DNA from: an uncultured Anaerolineaceae bacterium
GTDB taxonomy: Bacteria; Chloroflexota; Limnocylindria; Limnocylindrales; CSP1-4
Direction of reading: 5' to 3'
Length of the DNA stretch: 64,000 nt
NCBI GenBank assembly: GCA_964626755.1
Contig: CAZVGO010000004.1
Location: 11,272 to 75,271 of the forward strand
This document shows, piece by piece, positions 35,806-42,747 of this stretch. The stretch's first letter is position 1, and the number at the start of each line of letters is the position of its first letter. Position numbers and translations under genes: made by a program. The notes beneath the pieces are model-generated. The model was not told where the DNA came from, made no database searches, and saw only the letters and a list, made by a program, of their open reading frames with translations.

Positions 35806-35948
35806 AACCGACGGCGCGAGCAACGAGTCACCCGTTGACCGGGCAAAGCGTCGAAGGGAGGCCCGCCGAATCGAGCGCCGCGCCGCCCGACCGCGCCTTC
35901 CCCCGCCCGTTGACCCGGCCAGCTTGTCGACTTGCTCTCCGCCGGGCC

Positions 35949-36392
35949 TCAGGCGTCCCTGTTGAGCTCTCGGAGGGCCCGGATCGCGGACAACCGCTCG
36001 ACGAACTCCGCCCGGACGGCGTTGAGCTGCTCCCGCGACAGGTCGAGCTCGCGGGCGATCTGGTTGACGACGGAGGCCTCGTTTGCGCTGATCGAGTCGT
36101 CCGCCGCGCTCACGGCGAAGCAGCAGCGCAGAAGGGCGAGCTTCTGCTCCGGGGTCGCGATCCGGGCGAACTCGCGAGTCACGAGGAAGTCCTCGGTCGC
36201 GCCGTGCAGGCTGGTCTGGAGCTTGGCCATCTCGACCACCACGATCGCCTGGGCCTCGTCGAGTCCCCCGAGCTCGACGACGTAGCGCTCCATCGCCGCG
36301 GTCTCGGCATCGCTGATGTGGAGGTCGGCGTGGGCGGCCCGGCTCATGACGTATGCAAAGGCGGCGAGATGACGGGCCTCGGCCGGCGGCAT
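35949..36392 (-). CDS. TerB-like (tellurite-resistance TerB / DjlA N-domain family) protein
   Basis: Helical protein with TerB-like features. The ATG at 36392 is inside a longer track ORF. Confidence 0.5.
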   Translation of the reverse strand: MPPAEARHLAAFAYVMSRAAHADLHISDAETAAMERYVVELGGLDEAQAIVVVEMAKLQTSLHGATEDFLVTREFARIATPEQKLALLRCCFAVSAADDSISANEASVVNQIARELDLSREQLNAVRAEFVERLSAIRALRELNRDA

Positions 36393-36546
36393 CGCGTCGA
36401 GCCGCGCCACGATCCGCCGGACCGTGGCGGTCTCGGCGGCAGCGACCTCGGGGGTGCGTCCGGGCAGATCGGGCACGCCTGACTCAGCCGGACGGTCCGC
36501 TCGTGGCTCGGGTCGGAGGAAGCGGCGGAAGAGCACTCGGCCGGCC

Positions 36547-37068
36547 CTACCAGCGCCCGAAAGCCGGGTGGCCGGGGCCAACGGCCACGAACGTGCCGCG
36601 GCAGGTCGCAGTCGTCCGGTCGCCCGCCAGCAGCTCGGCCTCGACCGTCGCCCGGTCCTCGTCCGCCTCCACGACCCATGCCCGAATGCTGACCGGCGCG
36701 GCGGTGGGCGTGGGCCGGAGGAGCCGGATGGAGTACTCGGCGGTGACGCAGGCCGGTGGCCGGTCGTCGCCTCGGGCCCGCATGAGATGCATCGCCGCCG
36801 TCCAGTTCGAGTGACAGTCGAGGAGCGTCCCGATGATCCCTCCGTTGAGTACGCCGTCAAAGGCCTCGTGGTTCGGCCCTGGCGTCCAGTCGGCGACGAG
36901 CTCTGCGCCGCTCTCGCGGCTCCCGATCCGGAGTCCGGCGGGGTTGGCGGGTCCGCACCCGAAGCACCGGCTGTCGGGCGCGAATCGGTCCTGGAGGCTG
37001 GGCGCACCCACGCTGCCGAGTCTAGACTGTCGGGCCACCGCAACGCCGCCGGGTGCCATGGGAGCCAC
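36547..37068 (-). CDS. Hotdog-fold acyl-CoA thioesterase (PaaI/4HBT-like)
   Basis: CFGCGPANPAGL; DGVLNGGIIGTLLD. Confidence 0.7.
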   Translation of the reverse strand: MAPMAPGGVAVARQSRLGSVGAPSLQDRFAPDSRCFGCGPANPAGLRIGSRESGAELVADWTPGPNHEAFDGVLNGGIIGTLLDCHSNWTAAMHLMRARGDDRPPACVTAEYSIRLLRPTPTAAPVSIRAWVVEADEDRATVEAELLAGDRTTATCRGTFVAVGPGHPAFGRW

Positions 37069-37101
37069 GGCGCAACTGCTCAGCGCTCACGCTGGCGGGC
37101 A

Positions 37102-37362
37102 ATGGGCGAACAACAGGGGTCGCTCGACCAGCGCGCGCGCCCCATCCGGCGGAAGGGCTCCGATCGGCTGCTCCGAGCGGTCGATGAGCTCCGCGCGCTC
37201 GAACGGGAGAAGCGGCTCCAGGAGGCGTCGAGCGCCCCCCTCCACGAGCTCGAGCGGCGGGTCGAGGAGAAGGCGCGCGCCGTCTACCGGCTGGCCCAGC
37301 AAGAGGGCGGGGCCGGGACACTGGCGCGCCCCCGCGGCACGACCGGAGGTTCCGAAACATGA
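37102..37362 (+). CDS. Small hypothetical coiled-coil protein
   Basis: High-GC3 ORF (last 86 codons of track ORF 36424..37362) ending 27 bp before attL. Confidence 0.25.
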   Translation: MGEQQGSLDQRARPIRRKGSDRLLRAVDELRALEREKRLQEASSAPLHELERRVEEKARAVYRLAQQEGGAGTLARPRGTTGGSET

Positions 37363-37388
37363 GAATCGCGCACGGGGACTGACCGACC

Positions 37389-37445
37389 GATGGGGGAGCG
37401 TGGTGCCGAAGCCGGGATTTGAACCCGGACGAGGTTGCCCTCAAC
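37389..37445. repeat. attL: 57-bp direct repeat, a displaced copy of the 3' end of tRNA-Leu
   Basis: Identical over 57/57 bp to 47020..47076. It contains only the T-arm and acceptor 3' half, so it is not a functional tRNA. Confidence 0.85.
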
Positions 37446-37575
37446 GGTGTTTGAGAGCGCCGCCCGGCGTCCGGGAGCGTCTGCCGGTGTTCGGTTTGTG
37501 CTCCCGGACCGTTCTATTCGCCGGGCGGCGTCCGCCGCTGTGCGAGCGTGAAGCTGCCAGATAAGCTGCCAGGCG

Positions 37576-37983
37576 TCAGGCGTCGACGAGCTCCGGCTCA
37601 GCCTCTTCGCGGGCGGCCTTCCGCGCGGCCGCCCCGTTCGGCCAGTGCCCTCGAGGAATGTCCGGGTGCGCCTTCGCGAACGCGACGGCGACCTCGACGA
37701 GGCCGTTGACGAGCTCCTGCGTGGCCGCCCGCTCGACGATCGTGCGGACGTCATGGATCGCCTGCTCGAGCTCGGCGTACTCGCTCGGCCGCATGTCGGC
37801 CCACAGCGTGCCGGGATGGTCCGCCGATGGGCTGAAGTCGTCCGTCCAGACCGCGCGGACCAGGGCACGGTCGCTGTCGATGAGCGGTCGCAGCCAGTCG
37901 AGCTGGATGTCCTCGTCGGCGTACCCGCCGCCGATGCTCTGCGTGAGGGCCTCGCGGATCTCGGTCTCGGTCGGGGCGGTCAT
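37576..37983 (-). CDS. Hypothetical protein (island cargo, attL-proximal)
   Basis: 135-aa ORF with no recognisable domain. The start of the downstream ORF overlaps its stop. Confidence 0.45.
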   Translation of the reverse strand: MTAPTETEIREALTQSIGGGYADEDIQLDWLRPLIDSDRALVRAVWTDDFSPSADHPGTLWADMRPSEYAELEQAIHDVRTIVERAATQELVNGLVEVAVAFAKAHPDIPRGHWPNGAAARKAAREEAEPELVDA

Positions 37984-38177
37984 CGGTCAGTCCTCCTGTC
38001 GTCGAATAGCGGGAGCCTGAGCACACGGCGCGTCGCCATCGCGGCCCGTGCCTCAATTTCCCGCAGACGCTCCTCGCGGACAAGCCGCTCATGGAGCTCG
38101 GGGTCGTCCTGGAGCCGCCACAGGCGCGCCAGCGCGCCCACCGTGCGCCACGTCTCGGCCGTCTCGGGATCGACCAT
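37980..38177 (-). CDS. Small hypothetical protein (65 aa), Arg/Glu-rich
   Basis: ATGA overlap with the downstream ORF. Confidence 0.3.
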   Translation of the reverse strand: MVDPETAETWRTVGALARLWRLQDDPELHERLVREERLREIEARAAMATRRVLRLPLFDDRRTDR

Positions 38178-38397
38178 CGCTCACCTCCTGAACGCCAACG
38201 CCCCCGACGACGGTGAGTACAGCACCGACGCCAGGGGCGAGGTCAGGATGACGTATTCGGGGGGCCGCTGTACTCGGCCCGGTGATCCTACGCCGTCGCA
38301 GCTGCCCCGGCAAGCCGGCTCTACCCCGCCGGCGGCCGTCGAGTGGCCGTGGTGACCGGATTCGCCCGTGTCACACTTTCGGGCGGCCTGCCGGGCG

Positions 38398-38712
38398 CTA
38401 GGCGTCCAGGTTGCGGGGACCGCCGATTGGAGTGGCGCTCTCGTCGAGCGGACCGATCAACATCCGGACAAGCTCGCCGCAGTCCGGGCACCCGGAAGGC
38501 AAGGCCAGCTGACCGCGGGATCCGCACGCGTGACACTCGAACAGGACGGTGCCCGGCTCGCGGGCGAGGAGCTCCTCGCCACAGTCGGGGCAGGTGCTCG
38601 TGTCGACGTCCGGCCGCGCCGGCGAGATGAGGGTCCAGCACGCCAGGCAGGAGAACAGGCGCCGGCCGGCGAGGTCCTCCGGGGTCGACGGTCGGACGCG
38701 GGAGCTCGTCAC
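38398..38712 (-). CDS. Zinc-ribbon protein (four CxxC motifs)
   Basis: CLAC...CPDC...CHAC...CPDC; starts 2 nt after the tape-measure-like stop. Confidence 0.45.
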   Translation of the reverse strand: MTSSRVRPSTPEDLAGRRLFSCLACWTLISPARPDVDTSTCPDCGEELLAREPGTVLFECHACGSRGQLALPSGCPDCGELVRMLIGPLDESATPIGGPRNLDA

Positions 38713-38713
38713 C

Positions 38714-40462
38714 TCAGTAGCCCTCGGTCGACCAGCGGAGCGCGGCCCGCCGGAGCGCTCGACCCGTCTCGCGCTCGACGTCGCCCGGCTGGACGCCGTA
38801 GATGTTCTGGGAGCCGATCAGCGGGCCGCCGCGCCCCCCGCCGCCCGAGAGGATCAGCCTCGCCGCCGCCGTGATGGTCTCGCTGTCACCGGCGGGCGCC
38901 ACGGCCGAATGCCTGGGCAGGAAGACGGTCTCGGGGCCACGCTCGTTCATCCGGGCGAACCCGCCCATCCAGTCGCGGTCGCCGCCGGCGAGGCGCGGGA
39001 TCGTCTTGAGGCCGAGGCCTGGCCAGTCGAACCGGGCGACGACGCCGAATGGCGTCTCGAACCCGGGGATGTGGATCTGGATGCCGTTCAGGTGGCGGAT
39101 CATCCCGTTGACGAGATCGATGACGAAGTTGATCCCGCCCTTGATGACGTTGCCGATCCCCTTCCACAGCCCGGTGAAGAACCCTGTCAACCCCTGCCAC
39201 GCGTCCGTCACGAAGCTGGCCGCCGCGACGATGGCGCCTGCCGCGACGTCGAAGACGCCCACCGCGATCGAGAGGGAGGCCTTGACGGCCACGGCGATCC
39301 CGCCGAAGACCCGCCCGAACAGGTTGCCGAGGAACGCGACCACGCCCGGGATCGTGTCGCCGAGCCACTTCACGACGACCGCGAAGATGGGCTGGAGGCG
39401 CTTCCACACGGCCTCGAGGAAGCTGCGGATGCCGCCCCAGTCGGATTCCCACGCCTCGAACAGGATGGCGACGGCCGCGACGACCGCGCCGACCGCGAGG
39501 ATGAGCGGGGCGAGTGCCAGGACCATCGACACGATCGCCGGGACCACGGCCGCAGCGATCACGAGGGCCAGAGCGGTCGCGATCGGGACCGCGTGCTCCT
39601 GCACGAAGGCGAAGACGGCCTCGAGCTCCGGTCGCAGCTGCTCGAACAGGTCCTTGCCCGCCTGGATCGCGGGGCCGAGCATGTCCCGGAGGCCGGTCGC
39701 CAGTGTGATCACGGCAGGGTAGAGGGCGGTGATGATGCCCTCGACCATCTCGGCGAACATCGCGGACATTTCGTTGCCCACGCGGATGCCCTCGGCCGTG
39801 CCGGCGGCGTAGGCGGCCTGCGCGTCGGTCGTCTTCTCGAAGAGCAGCTGCTGGGTCGCGAGCGCCTTTGCCTGCTCGAGCGCCGAGCCGGTCAGTGCGT
39901 CCTGGCCGTTCTTGAGCAGGCGGGCCGACACGTCGGCCTCGGTGATCGAGATCCCGAGCTCCTTGAGGCCGTCCCGCTCGCCGAGCAGGCTCTTCTGCAG
40001 GACCACGGCGACCTCGGCCGCGGTGCGGGTCCCGCCCGACCACTCGGACAGCGCGCCGGACAGGCCGATGATGTCGGTCGACATCTCGGCGGCCTGCTCC
40101 CGGGACATGCCCATCGGGACGAGGAGGTCGCCGAGGTTCGCCGCGAGCCCGGTCGCCTCCCGCCGGGTGAGGCCCATCGCCGCGGCGCTCGTGGCGGCCC
40201 ACTTCTCCACGACGCCCAGGCTCTCGCCGAAGACGGTCTGCGCCTTCGCGTCCATCGCCTCGAATTTGGCCCCGACGTCGAAGACCTGCTTGCCGATGGC
40301 GAGCGCGGCACCGAGGGCCGTGGCGATGACGACCGTGGCCTTCTTCGCGACGTCGGCGAGCGAGGTGAACAGGCCCTTCGAGCCCTTCACGCCCGAGTCG
40401 AACTTCGAGCGGTCGAGCGCCAAGGTCGCATAGAGCGCCCCGACGGGGATCCCGGCGGCCAT
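38714..40462 (-). CDS. Phage tail tape-measure-like protein (TP901-type core), short form (582 aa)
   Basis: N-terminal LALDRSKFDSGVKG...AKFEAMDAKAQTVFG pattern, a long Ala/Val/Ile-rich hydrophobic segment, and a Gly-rich C-terminus. These are typical of TMPs. Confidence 0.65.
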   Translation of the reverse strand: MAAGIPVGALYATLALDRSKFDSGVKGSKGLFTSLADVAKKATVVIATALGAALAIGKQVFDVGAKFEAMDAKAQTVFGESLGVVEKWAATSAAAMGLTRREATGLAANLGDLLVPMGMSREQAAEMSTDIIGLSGALSEWSGGTRTAAEVAVVLQKSLLGERDGLKELGISITEADVSARLLKNGQDALTGSALEQAKALATQQLLFEKTTDAQAAYAAGTAEGIRVGNEMSAMFAEMVEGIITALYPAVITLATGLRDMLGPAIQAGKDLFEQLRPELEAVFAFVQEHAVPIATALALVIAAAVVPAIVSMVLALAPLILAVGAVVAAVAILFEAWESDWGGIRSFLEAVWKRLQPIFAVVVKWLGDTIPGVVAFLGNLFGRVFGGIAVAVKASLSIAVGVFDVAAGAIVAAASFVTDAWQGLTGFFTGLWKGIGNVIKGGINFVIDLVNGMIRHLNGIQIHIPGFETPFGVVARFDWPGLGLKTIPRLAGGDRDWMGGFARMNERGPETVFLPRHSAVAPAGDSETITAAARLILSGGGGRGGPLIGSQNIYGVQPGDVERETGRALRRAALRWSTEGY

Positions 40463-40499
40463 CAGGCGTGCACCGGCTGGCGGATCGCGCGGATCGTGG

Positions 40500-40832
40500 T
40501 CATCTCATCTCCTCGTTCACAGGGTCGGACGGTGGCGTCCAGGACAGCGGTGCGCTCAGGCGCGCGCTCATCTGGAGCTCGAGGACGCGATCGCGGGCCC
40601 GATCGCTCGCGGTGCACGCCTCGCACGGTGGCGGGTCGTCGACTCGCCGGCGATCGACCGGGCCGCAGCCTCGCCGCGCCTCGAGGGCCTCGAGCAGCCC
40701 GCGGCTGAGCCGGTACGCGCCCTCGTGGTCGCCCCGCTCGACGAGGACCTCGAGCTCCGGCAGGTCCACGCGCCACCAGGTATCGCCGGGCGGACGATGC
40801 CGAGGAGCGGCGGGAGCGCGCAGGACGGCCAC
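40500..40832 (-). CDS. Hypothetical protein (Cys-containing), between the TerS-like and tape-measure-like genes
   Basis: GTG at 40832, 12 nt after the upstream stop. The N-terminal part of the track ORF is rejected as non-coding. Confidence 0.25.
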   Translation of the reverse strand: MAVLRAPAAPRHRPPGDTWWRVDLPELEVLVERGDHEGAYRLSRGLLEALEARRGCGPVDRRRVDDPPPCEACTASDRARDRVLELQMSARLSAPLSWTPPSDPVNEEMR

Positions 40833-40843
40833 GACCCGACAGC

Positions 40844-41248
40844 CTATCCCGCGCGCCCGGCGCCGCGGCGAGCCCAGCGGGCCCGCGCTGCCGAACGTGC
40901 GCGGACCGATGCCAGGCTTGTGATGCGATCGGTCCCGTCGCCCGGCTGCGCCGTCGTGGCGTCGGGCAGGTCGAGCTGCGCCGCCAGGCGGGCCACGATG
41001 ACGCGATGGGCCCGCTCCTCGGCAAGCAGGGGGTGGGCGACCGTCTGGCCCCGGCTGCCGGTCACCACGGCACCGTCGGTCGCGACGATCGCGCGGACTT
41101 CGTCGACACGATCGAGGGACCGCGCCAGCTCGTGGAGGAGGGCGAGCTCGCGCGGTGCGAAGTCGTACGTGGCGAGGAGCTTCCGCCACAGCCGGCGGCC
41201 ACGGCCACCGGGTGCCAGGTCGGGAGGTGGTGAGCGGCGCGCCGTCAC
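40844..41248 (-). CDS. Possible phage small terminase subunit (P27-like), tentative
   Basis: The segment RLWRKLLATYDFAPRELALLHELARSLDRVDEVRAIVATDGAVVTGSRGQTVAHPLLAEERAHRVIVARLAAQLDLPDA resembles the P27-family pattern. GTG at 41248. Confidence 0.35.
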   Translation of the reverse strand: MTARRSPPPDLAPGGRGRRLWRKLLATYDFAPRELALLHELARSLDRVDEVRAIVATDGAVVTGSRGQTVAHPLLAEERAHRVIVARLAAQLDLPDATTAQPGDGTDRITSLASVRARSAARARWARRGAGRAG

Positions 41249-41411
41249 GAATAACCACCCGCTAATCGGGCGTTGTGGCCGGTTTGGGGTGCATATACGG
41301 CCGATAATCGGCGCGACCGGACCAGGGGGGGGACCCCCAAGTCCCGTCGAGGGAGCGGCCACCTGCGCACGCCCGCCACCGTGCGTACGTGCTTGCGGGC
41401 CAGTTTCCCGG

Positions 41412-41732
41412 TCATGCCGGAGCCCGCCGCGGTGCCACTGCCCCGACGTGGACGTCGGTCGGGCCGTAGGAACCGTCCGGCCTCCACCCGACGCGTCGCT
41501 CCCAGCGCTGGGGCGGCCGCGGTGAGCCGTCGGTGCCGAGCAGCTTCCTGATCGCCGGCGAGCTGTCCTCCGGCCGACTGCGGACGTCGCCGGCGACCCG
41601 GTCCCGCGCCTGGCCGAGCCGCTCGGCGGTCCGAGCTCGATCACGTCCGGCGGCCGAGGCCTGAGCGACGCGATCGGCCGATGTGACCCGGCCTGACGGC
41701 ATGCTCTCTCGCGGCAGCTCGCGGTAGGCCAT
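41412..41732 (-). CDS. Hypothetical protein
   Basis: ORF whose ATG lies 2 nt after the upstream gene's stop. Function unknown. Confidence 0.3.
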   Translation of the reverse strand: MAYRELPRESMPSGRVTSADRVAQASAAGRDRARTAERLGQARDRVAGDVRSRPEDSSPAIRKLLGTDGSPRPPQRWERRVGWRPDGSYGPTDVHVGAVAPRRAPA

Positions 41733-41734
41733 CG

Positions 41735-42247
41735 TCAGCCCCGCGGGATCGCGGCCACGTCGGCCACGGTATCGAACGTCTCGGCCGCCGGCGGATCCCA
41801 GTCGGCCAGGCCGTTCGACGCCTGGTGATCCGCCAGCTCGCCGATCGCTTTCCAGACGCTGCCCATGTCGCCGGTACGGATCGTCTCGGTCCAGGCTTCG
41901 ACGTTCGAGTCCCAGGCGAACTGCGCGTGCTCGGTCAGCGACTTGAACACGGGATCCTTGTGGAGCTTGGCCCGGCGAGTGGCCGCGGACTCGATGCGCG
42001 ACTCGGCGATCGTCGAATGGGCCATCTGCCGAAGAGCCTCGTACCGCGGCCGGTACGCGGCATAGGCCGCCTTCCGGTCATCCCGCTGGCGGTTCGTCTC
42101 CACCTGGCGATCGACATACTCCTCGAGCTCATTGGCGAGGCGCTTCCTCTTCACGTCCGGGTCTTCGGCCATCCCGGGCGGACCCTCCCAGGCGTCGGCG
42201 AGGTTGGTCAGGCGCTGTCCGGGGTTCGTGCGCTTCGGCTTCGTCAT
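41735..42247 (-). CDS. Hypothetical phage-associated protein (170 aa)
   Basis: MTKPKRTNPGQRL...; the ATG overlaps the upstream ORF stop (ATGA). Confidence 0.5.
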   Translation of the reverse strand: MTKPKRTNPGQRLTNLADAWEGPPGMAEDPDVKRKRLANELEEYVDRQVETNRQRDDRKAAYAAYRPRYEALRQMAHSTIAESRIESAATRRAKLHKDPVFKSLTEHAQFAWDSNVEAWTETIRTGDMGSVWKAIGELADHQASNGLADWDPPAAETFDTVADVAAIPRG

Positions 42248-42711
42248 GCGGCGATCGTCGTCCCTGCCGACTTTGCGCGCGACTTTGCACAGCGACCGCG
42301 GCCGCCGCACCACGATCGCGGTCGCCCCATGCCCCGAGCTGGCAGCGGGGCGCCGCATCCGCGGCAGCGGCCCGGCCGGGGTTTCCGCGCGAAAACTGTC
42401 CGCGGCCCCTTGGCCTCGAGCTCGGCGAGGTCGAGCATGCGGCCGGCGGCCCGCCGCAGGGCCTCGACCATGACCCGCGGCAGGCCGTGCCCGTGGTCGT
42501 CGGCGATCGCGACGAGCGCGCGCGACAGGTTCTCCGGCGTCCATTCGGGGCCGCTCACAGCGCCAACCCGACGCGCTCCAGGCAACGCGGGCACCGCGAT
42601 CGAGCTGGCCAGGCGTTGCGCTCGGCCGTCGGCGTCGCCCCGCAGGCTGTCCGGCCCGACCCGGCGCGTGGCGGCTGGGCGTGGCCCACGCCATCGCGGC
42701 CGGCGACCCAC
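42244..42711 (-). CDS. Hypothetical small basic protein with a C-terminal Cys cluster (CRGCG...WCGGRGRC). Start uncertain
   Basis: Its stop overlaps the downstream ATG. Confidence 0.3.
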   Translation of the reverse strand: MGRRPRWRGPRPAATRRVGPDSLRGDADGRAQRLASSIAVPALPGARRVGAVSGPEWTPENLSRALVAIADDHGHGLPRVMVEALRRAAGRMLDLAELEAKGPRTVFARKPRPGRCRGCGAPLPARGMGRPRSWCGGRGRCAKSRAKSAGTTIAA

Positions 42712-42747
42712 ACGAACCGCCCGACCGGCATCAGCTCGTCGGGCGGG

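Noticed and set aside
36424-37362. 312-aa plus-strand ORF.
   Set aside because: It overlaps the thioesterase gene on the opposite strand. Only the final 86 codons (37102..37362) are non-overlapping, and these were kept at low confidence.
37389-37445. Second tRNA gene.
   Set aside because: Only the 3' 56 nt of tRNA-Leu are present, with no D-arm or anticodon arm. It is the displaced att-site copy.
38714-40462. Tape-measure-like ORF interpreted as a membrane transporter or conjugative transfer protein.
   Set aside because: It has no Walker motifs or regular TM topology. The N-terminal LxLDxSxFxxG...F..M.A.A pattern and Gly-rich C-terminus fit TMPs better.
40462-41258. Track ORFs 40462..41025(-) and 40500..41258(-) as full-length genes.
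   Set aside because: Most of their length is Arg/Pro/Gly-rich and overlaps the better-supported TerS-like frame. Only the 3' ~110 codons of the 40500 frame were kept, at low confidence.
41412-41732. Frameshifted single TerS gene spanning frames 41732..41412 and 41248..40844.
   Set aside because: A weak LLGTDGS resemblance to the TerS N-terminal LEGNPG motif was noticed. The two segments are ~270 nt apart, with an AT-rich non-coding-looking stretch between them. This is too speculative.
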